Shown here piece after piece: positions 24,533-35,609 of a stretch of 64,000 nucleotides of DNA. Position 1 is the stretch's first letter, and the number at the start of each line of letters is the position of its first letter. The stretch lies in IMG/VR virus record IMGVR_UViG_3300025769_000068; one strand, 5' to 3'. Under the pieces are notes generated by a model. It did no database searches. It was given only the letters and a program-made list of their open reading frames with translations, and was not told the origin of the DNA. Source of the DNA: a virus. Position numbers and translations under genes: made by a program.

Positions 24533-26490
24533 AACAAATTGATGAGGCTTGGCTTGGCTTGGACTCTGTAGATTCGCAGATGTTTAATCCAATGTCTATG
24601 TTAAATCCAGACGAAGATGATTTCAATCTTAAACTTGCTTGGCTTATGATTAGGCCAGAGTATTTATCTTTTATGTCTTATCATATACTTAATATACAAT
24701 TACTACCATCTCAGTCTCTTTTCTTAAACGAAGTGTGGCAAAGAAAGTTTCCTATGCTTGTTGCTAGTCGAGGCTTTGGCAAATCATTTATGCTATCTTT
24801 ATATGCTATATTGAGAGCTTTGATATTACCTAGACGTAAAATAGTTGTTGTGGGCGCTGCGTTTAGACAGTCTAAAGTTTTGTTTGAATACATGGAAACT
24901 ATCTGGAGAAATTCTCCTATGCTTAGAGATATATGTGATAGTGATAGTGGTCCACGTAGAGATACAGACAGGTGTACATTAAGATTAAATGACAGCACAG
25001 TAACATGCTTACCTCTTGGCGATGGGCAGAAAATTAGAGGCCAGCGAGCTAATGATATTATTGCTGATGAATTTGCGTCTATACCTAGAGAAATATTTGA
25101 AAATGTTGTAGCTGGTTTTGCAGCAGTAAGTTCTGATCCGGTAGCAAACGTAAAAAGAGTAGCAGCAGAAAAAAAAGCAAAAGAATTAGGACTGACACTA
25201 GAGGAAGAACAGAAAGAACAAAGTAAAGACAATCAAATTGTTTTATCAGGAACCGCTTATTACGATTTTAATCATTTCGCCACTTATTGGAAAAAGTGGA
25301 AGTCTATAATAAAAAGCCGTGGACAACTATCTAAACTAAAAGAAATTTTTGGCGAAGAACCTCCAGAAGATTTTGATTGGACGCAATACTCTATCATACG
25401 TATGCCCTACGAATTATTGCCTAAAGGATTTATGGATTCCGATCAAGTCGCTAGGTCTAAAGCTACTGTCCATACTGGTATATATCAAATGGAGTACGGT
25501 GCTTGTTTTACAACAGACTCTCAAGGTTTCTTTAAACGCTCTTTGATAGAATCATGCGTCGTCAATGACAAGGAAACAATTAAAGATCGGCAAGGTAATG
25601 ACATAATATTTCAAGCTCAGTTAAAAGGTCAAAAAGATAAAAAATATATATTTGGTGTTGACCCTGCATCAGAAGTAGATAATTTTAGCATTGTAGTATT
25701 AGAAGTAAATTCTGACTATAGAAATATAGTACATTGCTGGACTACGACAAGAACAGAACATAAGGAAAAAGTTAAAAAAGGTTATGCTAATGAAACAGAT
25801 TTTTATTCATACTGTGCTAGAAAAATTAGAGATTTAATGAAATTGTTTCCATGTATACACATAGCTTTAGACGCACAAGGTGGCGGTATAGCTGTTATGG
25901 AAGCTTTGCATGACAAAGATAAGGTTCAAGAAGGAGAACACCTTATATGGCCCACTATAGATGACGACAAAGAAAAAGATACTGACGGCGAACGTGGCTT
26001 ACATATATTAGATATGTGTCAATTTGCCAAGTATGATTGGCTAGCCGAGGCAAATCACGGGATGAGAAAAGACTTTGAAGATAAAGTATTACTTTTTCCA
26101 TTCTTTGATCCTGTCAGTATAGCTATATCTGAACACGAAGATAATATGAAAAATAGAATATATGACACACTAGAAGAATGTGTTACAGATATTGAAGAAT
26201 TAAAAAATGAATTATCTATGATACAGATTACCCAAACAACTAGCGGTAGGGACAGGTGGGATACCCCAGAGGTTGTTATAGGAACTGGACGTAAAAAGAA
26301 ATTACGTAAAGATAGGTATTCGGCTTTGTTAATGGCTAACATGGCTGCTAGAACTTTAGGGAGAATGCCTACTGTTGCACAACCCTCATTTTACGGAGGT
26401 TTTGCAACTGGTGGACATTCTAGCAAAAAAGATGAGAAGATGTACACCGCTCCTGCTTGGTTTGAAGATGGCATGAAAAACGTGTATTAA
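24511..26490 (+). CDS. terL: terminase large subunit
   Basis: Walker A ASRGFGKS, IRGQRA, Walker B IIADE, QMEY, nuclease FGVDPA, KDRYSAL. Confidence 0.93.
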   Translation: MAKTEKLKQIDEAWLGLDSVDSQMFNPMSMLNPDEDDFNLKLAWLMIRPEYLSFMSYHILNIQLLPSQSLFLNEVWQRKFPMLVASRGFGKSFMLSLYAILRALILPRRKIVVVGAAFRQSKVLFEYMETIWRNSPMLRDICDSDSGPRRDTDRCTLRLNDSTVTCLPLGDGQKIRGQRANDIIADEFASIPREIFENVVAGFAAVSSDPVANVKRVAAEKKAKELGLTLEEEQKEQSKDNQIVLSGTAYYDFNHFATYWKKWKSIIKSRGQLSKLKEIFGEEPPEDFDWTQYSIIRMPYELLPKGFMDSDQVARSKATVHTGIYQMEYGACFTTDSQGFFKRSLIESCVVNDKETIKDRQGNDIIFQAQLKGQKDKKYIFGVDPASEVDNFSIVVLEVNSDYRNIVHCWTTTRTEHKEKVKKGYANETDFYSYCARKIRDLMKLFPCIHIALDAQGGGIAVMEALHDKDKVQEGEHLIWPTIDDDKEKDTDGERGLHILDMCQFAKYDWLAEANHGMRKDFEDKVLLFPFFDPVSIAISEHEDNMKNRIYDTLEECVTDIEELKNELSMIQITQTTSGRDRWDTPEVVIGTGRKKKLRKDRYSALLMANMAARTLGRMPTVAQPSFYGGFATGGHSSKKDEKMYTAPAWFEDGMKNVY

Positions 26491-26527
26491 TTAGTATAAT
26501 CCAATTACATTCCAATTGAGGTAAATA

Positions 26528-28558
26528 ATGAGCGACGACATGATTACTTGGTCAGACGACGACTCTCAAAGCAAAACAGATGCCATGTCTAAAATGTCAG
26601 ATAGCGTAGAGGCTTATGCTGGCTTAGGCAAGACTCAAGGTAGTACTTATAGACATTTTATAGATATCGAGCCAAACCGCTCAGTAAGACCCGGATTTAA
26701 CGCTAATGATTATTATGCATTTCGTCCCGGCGAAGCAGTTCCTAATCAGCAGCGTAAGATTATTAAAATGTGCATGGACGCATATGATAAAGTTGGAATC
26801 ATTCGTAACATTATTGATTTGATGGGTGATTTTGGCAGTCAAGGTATTAACATCGTACACCGCGATAAAAGCGTTGAAAAGTTCTATCAACAATGGTTTA
26901 GAAATGTAAACGGTAAGGAAAGATCTGAAAGGTTCCTAAACAATCTGTATAAAGCTGGAAACGTAATTATTTATCGTAGCTATGCTAAAGTTACTCCTCA
27001 ACTTAATAACTACATGAAAGCTTTGTCTTCAGACATTAAAGTAGAAGTGCCTAACTTAACTAAGAACGAAATACCGTGGCGTTATAATTTCTTTAACCCC
27101 TTGACTGTCAAAAATCAAGACGGAAACTTGTCTTTATTCATGGGATATAAAAACCATTCAATAACTACTAACTCTTTCTTTGATAAATTTAAGGCTGGAG
27201 ACATACCAAACCACGTTTTGGAAACGCTACCACCAAATGTCAAACAAAGTCTAATTCGTGGAGAAAAGGAAATACCTTTAGATCCAGAACGACTTAGCAT
27301 GTTTTATTATAAAAAAGATGATTGGCGACAATGGGCTAATCCAATGATATACGCTATTCTTGATGATATTATTATGCTTGAAAAAATGAGACTAGCAGAT
27401 CTTTCTGCCCTTGACGGAGCCATTTCTAATATTAGATTATGGACTTTAGGTAGTCTTGATCATAAGATTCTTCCCAATAAAGCCGCTATAAATAAGTTGC
27501 GTGATATTCTAGCTAGTAATGTGGGTGGCGGTACAATGGAATTGGTTTGGGGTCCAGAGCTTTCATTCCAAGAATCTAGCACAGATGTTCATAAGTTTTT
27601 AGGATCAGAAAAATATACTTCTGTTCTTAACGCTATTTACGCTGGTCTTGGAGTTCCTCCTACGCTTACTGGGATGGCTGGAAATGGCGGTGGATTTACT
27701 AACAACTTTATATCATTAAAAACATTAGTAGAAAGACTACAATATGGTAGAGATAGATTAGTCAAATTCTGGGAAAAGGAACTGGAGATTGTACGAAAGG
27801 CTATGGGCTTTAGGTATAAAGCTCACATACAGTTTGATCAAATGACCCTATCTGACGAAGCCTCTGAAAAGAACCTTCTCATTCAACTCGCTGATAGGGA
27901 TATTATCAGTCATGAAACTCTTCTTGAGAGATTTAAAGAGATTCCTCAAATTGAAAATATTAGGATCAAACGCGAACTTGACAAGAGAGATAGTGCTGGA
28001 CCTCCCAAGGCAAGCCCTTATCACAATCCTAACCATGATCAAGACATAGAGAAACTGGATAAACAGGGGCAGATTAATTTAAAACAAGAAAAAGAAAAAC
28101 AAAAATCTGTTAAACGTAATACCAATACAGACATTAAAGATAATGGTAGACCACCAAATAGTCTGGATAATGGACCAAGAAAGAAACGTGTTGAAAAACC
28201 AAGATCAAAGCCATCAGTCGCAGAATGCTTTGTGTATGCGGAAGAGTCTTGGTCTAAAATATCAGAAGTTATTACAAAAGCTTTTCTTGAAGTTAATCAA
28301 AAGAAGAACATGAGACAGCTAACCAAGGCTCAGTTTGCTGATTTAGAAAAATTAAAACTAGATATATTTACTAATTTTGAAATTGGTGATGATGTTTCTG
28401 AAGCTACTATTTATGAGTCGTTAAAAAACAATGTTAAAGCTCCTCAAAAGTTAACAAAAGATCTTGAAAACAAAAATGTAAACATTGAAAGTATGAATAT
28501 AGATACGTACAGAAAATATGTAATTGGCTCATATATTGACCACAAAATGCACGATTAA
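26528..28558 (+). CDS. portal protein
   Basis: follows terL; 676 aa; GIIRNIIDLM, YAGLGVP..L, DRDIIS.ETL, NGRP motifs. Confidence 0.8.
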   Translation: MSDDMITWSDDDSQSKTDAMSKMSDSVEAYAGLGKTQGSTYRHFIDIEPNRSVRPGFNANDYYAFRPGEAVPNQQRKIIKMCMDAYDKVGIIRNIIDLMGDFGSQGINIVHRDKSVEKFYQQWFRNVNGKERSERFLNNLYKAGNVIIYRSYAKVTPQLNNYMKALSSDIKVEVPNLTKNEIPWRYNFFNPLTVKNQDGNLSLFMGYKNHSITTNSFFDKFKAGDIPNHVLETLPPNVKQSLIRGEKEIPLDPERLSMFYYKKDDWRQWANPMIYAILDDIIMLEKMRLADLSALDGAISNIRLWTLGSLDHKILPNKAAINKLRDILASNVGGGTMELVWGPELSFQESSTDVHKFLGSEKYTSVLNAIYAGLGVPPTLTGMAGNGGGFTNNFISLKTLVERLQYGRDRLVKFWEKELEIVRKAMGFRYKAHIQFDQMTLSDEASEKNLLIQLADRDIISHETLLERFKEIPQIENIRIKRELDKRDSAGPPKASPYHNPNHDQDIEKLDKQGQINLKQEKEKQKSVKRNTNTDIKDNGRPPNSLDNGPRKKRVEKPRSKPSVAECFVYAEESWSKISEVITKAFLEVNQKKNMRQLTKAQFADLEKLKLDIFTNFEIGDDVSEATIYESLKNNVKAPQKLTKDLENKNVNIESMNIDTYRKYVIGSYIDHKMHD

Positions 28559-28602
28559 TGATATTTTTGTTATTTTGTGTATAATGTTGTTGAGGAGTAA
28601 TA

Positions 28603-30051
28603 ATGAAAATATATCCACAAGAAATATCTGATGGCGTAGCTGATCTCGTGCAGTCTAGTGCGAGTTTAGCGTACTGCGCGCCTGCAATCCTATGTACAGG
28701 TGGTGATGCAGAAACTATTGCTTTTGCTGAAAAAGTAAAAGCGGAAAGCGCTAACCCCAAACAACTTGATTTATATTATATAAAGTCAATTTTGGTATCT
28801 ACGGGTTGGAATAAGAACGACGATGTTTTTACTCCAGAAGCTACATTTGCAGCTAGAAATACACCAGAGGATAAACAATTCAATTTTATGCATAACGAAA
28901 ATGACATTATTGGTCATATAACTGGTAGTTATGTAGTAGACAAAGAAGGTAATAAGGTAGAAGCTGAAGAAGCTCCCAAAGACTTTGATATTATCTCAGA
29001 AGCAGTTCTCTACAATAGCTGGACAGATCCAGAAAATAGAGAAAGAATGAAACAAATTATAGCCGAGATAGAAGATGGCAAATGGTTCGTTTCTATGGAA
29101 TGCTTGTTTGCTGGTTTTGATTATGCTCTTACGGATGAGTATGGAAAAGCTAGCATCTTGCATAGAAATGAGGGTTCCGCATTTTTAACAAAACATTTAA
29201 GAGCGTATGGTGGCACAGGTGAGTACGAAGGCAGGAAGATTGGTCGCTCTTTACAAAACATTTCTTTTTCAGGAAAAGGTTTGGTTTCCAAGCCTGCTAA
29301 TCCTAGAAGTGTAATTTTGGATGCTAGCAGGGCTAGTTCAAACAGTGTTAACGAAGATTTATTAACTTTAGGAGGCTCAGATATGAGTGATACTAATGTG
29401 TTAGAAAAGCAGCTTGCTGAAGTTCGTAGTGAGCTAGCATCTGCTAAAGAAGAGTGCGTTACTCTTCAAGCTTCGCTGGACGAAGCAACTTCAAAAGAAC
29501 ATACCGAAGCGGTCGCAAAGCTTGAAAGTGACATTGTTGCACAAGCTGAAGCAATTAAGACTCTTGAAGAGTCTGTCACGGCTAAGGATGCTGCAATTAC
29601 TGAACTTCAAGAAAGTCTTGAAGCTAAGAATAACGAGTTCATCGAAAAGATGAAAGAAATGAAGAAAATGAAGGACGAGAAAAAAGCCGAATCTCGTAAG
29701 GCTTCATTGGTTGAAGCTGGTTTTGAAGCTGATGAAGCTGAAGAATCACTTGTAGCTTATGACGCTCTTGACGACGACTCTTTCGACACTCTTGTAGCTT
29801 TAATGAAAAAGAAGTATGGCAAGATGGAAAAGAAAGAAGACGAAGAAGCAAAGATGGAAAAACCAAAAGCTGAAGAAGCAGAAGAAGTAGAAGCTGAAGA
29901 AGCTGAAGCAGAAGTCGCTGCTGAAGAAGCTCTAGAAGAAGTAGAAACAACTGAAGCTACTTTAGTTGATGCTTCTGATGAAAATCAAGAACTAGAAGCC
30001 ACAAGAGCGAGTGTCGCTGAATGGCTCGAAAACAACGTACTTAGCAAATAA
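28603..30051 (+). CDS. prohead protease/scaffold fusion
   Basis: N-terminal NKNDDVF, FMH, VSMEC, FSGKGLV.KPA; C-terminal acidic coiled coil; lies between portal and capsid genes. Confidence 0.8.
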   Translation: MKIYPQEISDGVADLVQSSASLAYCAPAILCTGGDAETIAFAEKVKAESANPKQLDLYYIKSILVSTGWNKNDDVFTPEATFAARNTPEDKQFNFMHNENDIIGHITGSYVVDKEGNKVEAEEAPKDFDIISEAVLYNSWTDPENRERMKQIIAEIEDGKWFVSMECLFAGFDYALTDEYGKASILHRNEGSAFLTKHLRAYGGTGEYEGRKIGRSLQNISFSGKGLVSKPANPRSVILDASRASSNSVNEDLLTLGGSDMSDTNVLEKQLAEVRSELASAKEECVTLQASLDEATSKEHTEAVAKLESDIVAQAEAIKTLEESVTAKDAAITELQESLEAKNNEFIEKMKEMKKMKDEKKAESRKASLVEAGFEADEAEESLVAYDALDDDSFDTLVALMKKKYGKMEKKEDEEAKMEKPKAEEAEEVEAEEAEAEVAAEEALEEVETTEATLVDASDENQELEATRASVAEWLENNVLSK

Positions 30052-30071
30052 TTTTAAAGGAGAAAATAATT

Positions 30072-30521
30072 ATGGCTTTAAAATCAGATAGATATGAACT
30101 TCAGACTGATATCAGCTTTTTCTACAACGCTGGCACAGCCACTCGCGGATGTGTTGTCGTTCATGATACAGCTGGATCAGGCGCTGCAATGGATCAGGGT
30201 GTAAACCTTGTGAAGAAGCATACGGCTGGCGTTCCAGTTGGTGTCCTTCTTAACGACGTAGTTAATAAGGATCTCACCCGTACTCATCTTAATCAACATA
30301 AGGATGAAGTACAAAAGGGTGGTAAAGTAACTGTCCTTCGTAAAGGTTACGTTGTAACTGACGCGATTGACACAACACAAACTCCCGTTGCCGGTTCTGG
30401 CGCATACGCAAGTACTGGTACTGCTGGTAACTTCGGCATGGTGGGAACTTATCAAGTCGGTCGTTTCCTGTCCGCTAAGGACGAGGATGGTTACGCAAAA
30501 GTCGAAGTTAACCTTCCCTGA
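30072..30521 (+). CDS. capsid decoration/cement protein
   Basis: 149 aa, directly before MCP; GGKVTVLRKG.V.TD, VGRFLS.KDEDGYAKV. Confidence 0.7.
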   Translation: MALKSDRYELQTDISFFYNAGTATRGCVVVHDTAGSGAAMDQGVNLVKKHTAGVPVGVLLNDVVNKDLTRTHLNQHKDEVQKGGKVTVLRKGYVVTDAIDTTQTPVAGSGAYASTGTAGNFGMVGTYQVGRFLSAKDEDGYAKVEVNLP

Positions 30522-30548
30522 ACATAACACATAAAGGAGAATTATAAT

Positions 30549-31556
30549 ATGCCTATTAATGAAAGACCTAGTGATGAATTCATTAGTCTCCTGCGTCAGT
30601 CAGGGGATGGTGATGTAAATGTAGCGCAAGCTGCCCAGCGAGAGTTCGCTAAAGCGCTTGAGCTTCCACTTCGTAAGGGTGTCCTTGTCGGCAACATCCT
30701 TGGTGATATTTTTGAAACCATCAACGTAGAAGCTGGTTCAACAACTGAGTTTCCTCTTGATCTTATCAGCCCCGGACTTGAAGGTGAGCATGTAGCTTAC
30801 ACCAATCCCGGTCATGGTAGAATTCCAGAGCGTTCGGTTGAAGGTGACTACGTAATGATTCCAACGTACAGCATTGCATCTTCGGTTGATTACCTCCTCC
30901 GATATGCTCGTGAAGCTCGTTGGGACATTGTTGGTCGCGCCATGCAAGTCATGGAAGCTGGTTTCACTAAGAAGATGAACGACGATGGATGGCACACGAT
31001 CCTCGCTGCTGGCGTTGACCGTAACATTCTCGTGTTCGACGGTGACGCAACCGCTGGATTGTTCAGCAAGAGACTTGTTTCTCTCATGCAAACAGTTATG
31101 CGTAGGAACTCTGGTGGTAACAGTGCTTCAACTGGTCGTGGTCGTCTTACTGACATCTACGTTTCACCAGAAGCCCTTGAGGATGTTCGCAATTGGGGTC
31201 TCGATCAGGTTGACGAGGTAACTCGTCGTGAGATTTACACTGCTCCAGAAGGTGGCGCTCCCATCACACGGATCTTTGGTGTTAATCTTCATGATCTTGA
31301 TGAGCTTGGAGAAGGTCAGGAATACCAGACTTTCTTCACTGGCGAACTTACTGGTGCTGTTCAGACTAGTGACCTTGAGCTAGTCGTTGGTCTTGATCAG
31401 TCCGCTAGTGATAGCTTCGTAATGCCCGTTAAAGAGCAGTTGCAAGTCTTTGAAGATCCTACTCTTCATCGTCAGCAACGAGCTGGATATTACGGCTTTG
31501 CAGAGCTTGGCTTTGGCGTGTTGGACAACCGTAGAGTGATCCTTGGATCATTCTAA
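30549..31556 (+). CDS. major capsid protein
   Basis: 335 aa; gene order; strong RBS; biased codon use; followed by an intrinsic terminator. Confidence 0.85.
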   Translation: MPINERPSDEFISLLRQSGDGDVNVAQAAQREFAKALELPLRKGVLVGNILGDIFETINVEAGSTTEFPLDLISPGLEGEHVAYTNPGHGRIPERSVEGDYVMIPTYSIASSVDYLLRYAREARWDIVGRAMQVMEAGFTKKMNDDGWHTILAAGVDRNILVFDGDATAGLFSKRLVSLMQTVMRRNSGGNSASTGRGRLTDIYVSPEALEDVRNWGLDQVDEVTRREIYTAPEGGAPITRIFGVNLHDLDELGEGQEYQTFFTGELTGAVQTSDLELVVGLDQSASDSFVMPVKEQLQVFEDPTLHRQQRAGYYGFAELGFGVLDNRRVILGSF

Positions 31557-31578
31557 TCTGTACCAATAGCACAGAACG

Positions 31579-31614
31579 AAAAGCCGCCCTCATTTGCTTG
31601 GGGGTGGCTTTTTT
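31579..31614 (+). terminator. intrinsic terminator
   Basis: AAAAGCCGCCCTCA-tttgct-TGGGGGTGGCTTTTTT. Confidence 0.85.
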
Positions 31615-31668
31615 CGTGTATATAACAGTAGAATGACCCCCTCGTAGGACTCTATACAGGAGAAGATT

Positions 31669-32376
31669 ATGGCTGCTTTATCTGATTATCTTGAATCAGG
31701 CATATTGAAACATTTATTTTTTGGAGAAACATTTACAAGCCCATCGAACATTTCCGTTGGACTAACAAGTACTGTACCAATAGATACTGACAGTGGAGAA
31801 ACAATTGAAGAACTTCCTTCTGGAGCTTTTAAGGGAGCTTCTTTTGTTGACACTGGATATAGAAGAATAAATCTTGGCAGTAGCACTGATGGTAATAATG
31901 TGTGGAATCAAATTGGAACTGACACAACAACAGCTTTTCAAGTTAATTCTTTTGAATCTGGAGTTGGTTTACCACCTAATAGCGGATACTTCTATCCTCT
32001 GTATTTAGATTCTGCTAAAGCAATATCTGAATCAACTGAGGCCGTTCAATCTGCAACTGAATATACATTTTCAGAAACTCATCCTGATGTATCTTTTTAC
32101 GGCCCAAATGGAGTTGTTGTTTCTGGAGACTATAGCTCGACAGATCCGGGTTATATTGAATACGATGGAAATGGATTTATTAAAAATAAAAATCAACTAG
32201 CTTTTCCAACAGCTAATGTTAATTGGGGTTTTATTTCGGGAATTGTTATTACGGACAGCGAGTTTGTTGGTTCTGGAAATGTACTAATGTACTCAGAATT
32301 ACAAAATCCTAGAAACATCTTTACAGGAGATAGTATTAAATTTGATACAAATTCTTTAGAAATTAGCTTAAAATAA
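31669..32376 (+). CDS. virion structural protein
   Basis: MAALSDYLE..IL, GY.R, N...L.FP.A...WG, GN.L.Y..L...R....GD...F....L.I motif of phage tail-associated proteins. Confidence 0.7.
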   Translation: MAALSDYLESGILKHLFFGETFTSPSNISVGLTSTVPIDTDSGETIEELPSGAFKGASFVDTGYRRINLGSSTDGNNVWNQIGTDTTTAFQVNSFESGVGLPPNSGYFYPLYLDSAKAISESTEAVQSATEYTFSETHPDVSFYGPNGVVVSGDYSSTDPGYIEYDGNGFIKNKNQLAFPTANVNWGFISGIVITDSEFVGSGNVLMYSELQNPRNIFTGDSIKFDTNSLEISLK

Positions 32377-32393
32377 CCTGAGAGAACCACCCA

Positions 32394-35300
32394 ATGACTA
32401 TTGTTTCTAAAAATCAGTTAGTTAATAGTATAAATGCGGATATCAGTAATAATTCTAATCAAGAAATTTCTCCAGAAGATATTCGTCATAATCTAATAGA
32501 TCTAGTTGATTCTGTTCATTTGTTGCTCGATAGTACAAAAGATATTACTATTGAAAAATTAACTTCTTCAAATTTTTATACGCCGTCTAATAGAAGTACT
32601 ATAGTTGGCGAAGAAGCAATAAGTAAACTACATTTAGACAGCTATGTTACTAACGATAATACGGCTGTTGGATATGCTTCTCTTAAAAATAACTATCAAG
32701 GCAGTGGTAATACTTCTGTAGGAACTTTTGCCCTTAGTTGTAATATATTTGGTGATAATAATTCTGCATTTGGTGTCAACAGTCTCAGTGCAAATACTAA
32801 CGGCTTTGCAAATGTTGGCGTTGGCAATTATGCTTTAACAAGAAACAAAACTGGTGATTTTAATATAGCGATTGGTCATGGCGCTGGTTATTATTCAAAA
32901 GATGAAAACTATAAATTATTTATTGCTAATCATCCAGCTAACGAAGAATATGTTTGCGATAATCCTCTTGGATCTGGTTTGACTCCTTTAATATACGGTA
33001 ATCTTTTAAATGAAGATCTCGTGCTTGGAGTTGGAACTAGAACTTTATATAGCCACTCTATTGGCGTTATTCAATCTAGCGGAGCTATTTCTCCAACTTT
33101 AGATAATACTTTTGATATTGGTCATAAAGATTATAAATGGCAAAATGTACATACTCAAAATATTGTTCTGGCTAGTGGAGCTATTATAACTAATCATACC
33201 TCTCATGATGTTATCAATGTTTCTGGAAATATTTCTCCTTTTGACAATAGAAAGTTTCATCTAGGTTCTTCTAACGCATATTTTGCTAGCGGCTATATTA
33301 GCCATCTGTTTACTGATGTTACTAATACAATATCAGATAATCATTACGAAGGTAAAGTTTTGTACGTAGCTTCTAGTGGAGATCCACCAGACGCTTATTT
33401 AACACCAGAACAACTTTCAGGTGGTGGTATAGTTGTTCGCGGCAGTGGTGAGGGTACTGACCAAAGTGTTGATTATGCATTTTTGTTTAGACCTAGCGGC
33501 GAGTCTTCAGTTCCTTTTTATTCTTTTGAAGATTACAATCATCTTTCTAGGTCTTTTTGGGAAAGCAATATTAGCTTGCACATTTCTTCTGGCAGTCATG
33601 TTCACACGCCAAGACTTTTAAATAGTGGCGAGCTTGACCTTGTAGTATATTCCCCTGATCAGCCAGAGTTTGGAATGTATTTAAATAGTGGAGCTTTATA
33701 TGTTACGTCTGATAGTGGTGGAATATTTGGAATAAATCCGGGTTCCAGCAGTGGCTTGCTAGCTGGAATGGGTAGCGTTAACATGCTGTCGCCTTCTGGA
33801 ATAAACGATAATTATTTTCTAACCGTTGGATCACTAGAAAGTGGAGTTACTGTTGGTCAAAGATTTATTACTGGAGCTAAACAAAGAGAAAAAGATGATG
33901 ATGGTCTTGATAAGTTAAATGGATTTACACATAAGTATATAGATGCTTCTAATACAATATACTCTGGCCCTAAAGTTGATAGATTTGTAATTTCATCTCA
34001 TGACAATTCTTCTTATGGTTTTAATAATCTAATACTTATGAAGAATCATAGTAATGGTGGAATTTTAGGAGTAAATAATTTCAGCGAAGGTGGTGACGCT
34101 GTAATACCACAGACATCTTTTAATGTTAGAACAAACCATAATGCTGCTGTTAGAATTACCGCTGAAAATGCTGGTCAAGTATCTTCAGCTCTACAGTTAT
34201 TAACAAACCTTAATTGTTTGTCTAGTGGTTTTGAGATTAAATATAACGGTGGAGCTAGTGGTGTTGCAGAGTTTAACATGTATGATGCTTCTGGCTTAAT
34301 AACCGCTGCAAAGATTACTAAAGATGGTAATTTTGGTATATTGTCTAGCGGCTCTCTTAATCGTCATCTAACTGTCGGTGATGATGGCTCGCCCAACGCC
34401 GTAATAGCTATTCATATTGTAAGTGGATTGCATCCATCTTTTAGCGCAATACCAAATCATAGTCAGATATACTCCAAAGAAATGCCTAGTGGAACTCCTA
34501 CAAATATTGGTCAGACTTTAAGAACGTTTACAATGGATGGCGATGGCAATGAATTAAACATGACCAGAAATGTTTTTCTTCATGGTGATGGTTTAGTTTA
34601 TCAAGACGGTAGATTTAATACTTTTGCTGGCTTATCATCTACTTTAGATAGACAGCATTTAAATACTGCTTTTCATAATACAGGTTATGGTAATGGAGCT
34701 TTAGCATTAAATACTTCTGGTAACTATAACACTGCACTTGGTTCTCTTGCTCTTAGTGGCGTTGTTGAAAGTAATTATAATATTGCAATTGGCTATGGCG
34801 CTGGCGCATCTTCTAGTGGTAACTATAATCTTTTAATAGGGAACTCATTAAACGCTGTTGATGGTGAAAGTTATAAATTTAAACTTGGGGCTAATAGTAG
34901 CAACGTATTGATGAGTGGTTGTACTGGACCACTAAGTTCAGATAGAGTTTTATTCTTACCAAATGGAAAATTATCTGTACAAGAAGATAACAACAAAAGC
35001 TTATATCTATCTAATAACTTAATTAAAGTAATTAATCACAGTTCTGCAACTCAGTTACCTCCAGATTCCCTTAGTTTAGATTTTTCTCATTCTGTTAGTG
35101 GAGCAAGATTAGTTGAGTTTAATCATGCCGCACTTCCTATGAGCGGGTTCAAAGGCTTTGGCGTTTCCAACCCAAACTATACTGAACCTAATATGGAGAG
35201 ACCTTATGTTGGAGTTTCTGGCGATATTAAGCTATTGGGAGCAATCAGATTTAGTAACGGCGATTCTTTAGAAAGCACAGAAGATATCACTAATCTTTCT

Positions 35301-35591
35301 GAAAGTGGCGCTTTTGTTAGTGGAGTTGTATTTTCTACGCTTCCAAAATTTAGAGAAGGTTTTATGATAGATAATGTTGGGACAGCTCCTTTGTTTACTA
35401 GTCCAACTAGTGGTTTCATGACAGTGTATGATCAAAATGGATCAACATCAGAAGGGGTATTTATTACTAATAGAGATAAACACTCTAGTCTTACAAGTGG
35501 TGATTATATAGTGGCGATTAACATTAACAACGAGTTTAGACCATTATGGATTAATAACGAAGATTTAGCTTGTAACACATGCTGTAAATAA
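32394..35591 (+). CDS. virion fibre-like protein with NTAVG/NxAxG repeats
   Basis: two blocks of N(T/S)A(V/L/F)G..AL 14-residue repeats; many SG dipeptides. Confidence 0.7.
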   Translation: MTIVSKNQLVNSINADISNNSNQEISPEDIRHNLIDLVDSVHLLLDSTKDITIEKLTSSNFYTPSNRSTIVGEEAISKLHLDSYVTNDNTAVGYASLKNNYQGSGNTSVGTFALSCNIFGDNNSAFGVNSLSANTNGFANVGVGNYALTRNKTGDFNIAIGHGAGYYSKDENYKLFIANHPANEEYVCDNPLGSGLTPLIYGNLLNEDLVLGVGTRTLYSHSIGVIQSSGAISPTLDNTFDIGHKDYKWQNVHTQNIVLASGAIITNHTSHDVINVSGNISPFDNRKFHLGSSNAYFASGYISHLFTDVTNTISDNHYEGKVLYVASSGDPPDAYLTPEQLSGGGIVVRGSGEGTDQSVDYAFLFRPSGESSVPFYSFEDYNHLSRSFWESNISLHISSGSHVHTPRLLNSGELDLVVYSPDQPEFGMYLNSGALYVTSDSGGIFGINPGSSSGLLAGMGSVNMLSPSGINDNYFLTVGSLESGVTVGQRFITGAKQREKDDDGLDKLNGFTHKYIDASNTIYSGPKVDRFVISSHDNSSYGFNNLILMKNHSNGGILGVNNFSEGGDAVIPQTSFNVRTNHNAAVRITAENAGQVSSALQLLTNLNCLSSGFEIKYNGGASGVAEFNMYDASGLITAAKITKDGNFGILSSGSLNRHLTVGDDGSPNAVIAIHIVSGLHPSFSAIPNHSQIYSKEMPSGTPTNIGQTLRTFTMDGDGNELNMTRNVFLHGDGLVYQDGRFNTFAGLSSTLDRQHLNTAFHNTGYGNGALALNTSGNYNTALGSLALSGVVESNYNIAIGYGAGASSSGNYNLLIGNSLNAVDGESYKFKLGANSSNVLMSGCTGPLSSDRVLFLPNGKLSVQEDNNKSLYLSNNLIKVINHSSATQLPPDSLSLDFSHSVSGARLVEFNHAALPMSGFKGFGVSNPNYTEPNMERPYVGVSGDIKLLGAIRFSNGDSLESTEDITNLSESGAFVSGVVFSTLPKFREGFMIDNVGTAPLFTSPTSGFMTVYDQNGSTSEGVFITNRDKHSSLTSGDYIVAININNEFRPLWINNEDLACNTCCK

Positions 35592-35609
35592 TAATATGGG
35601 GTTCATAGG

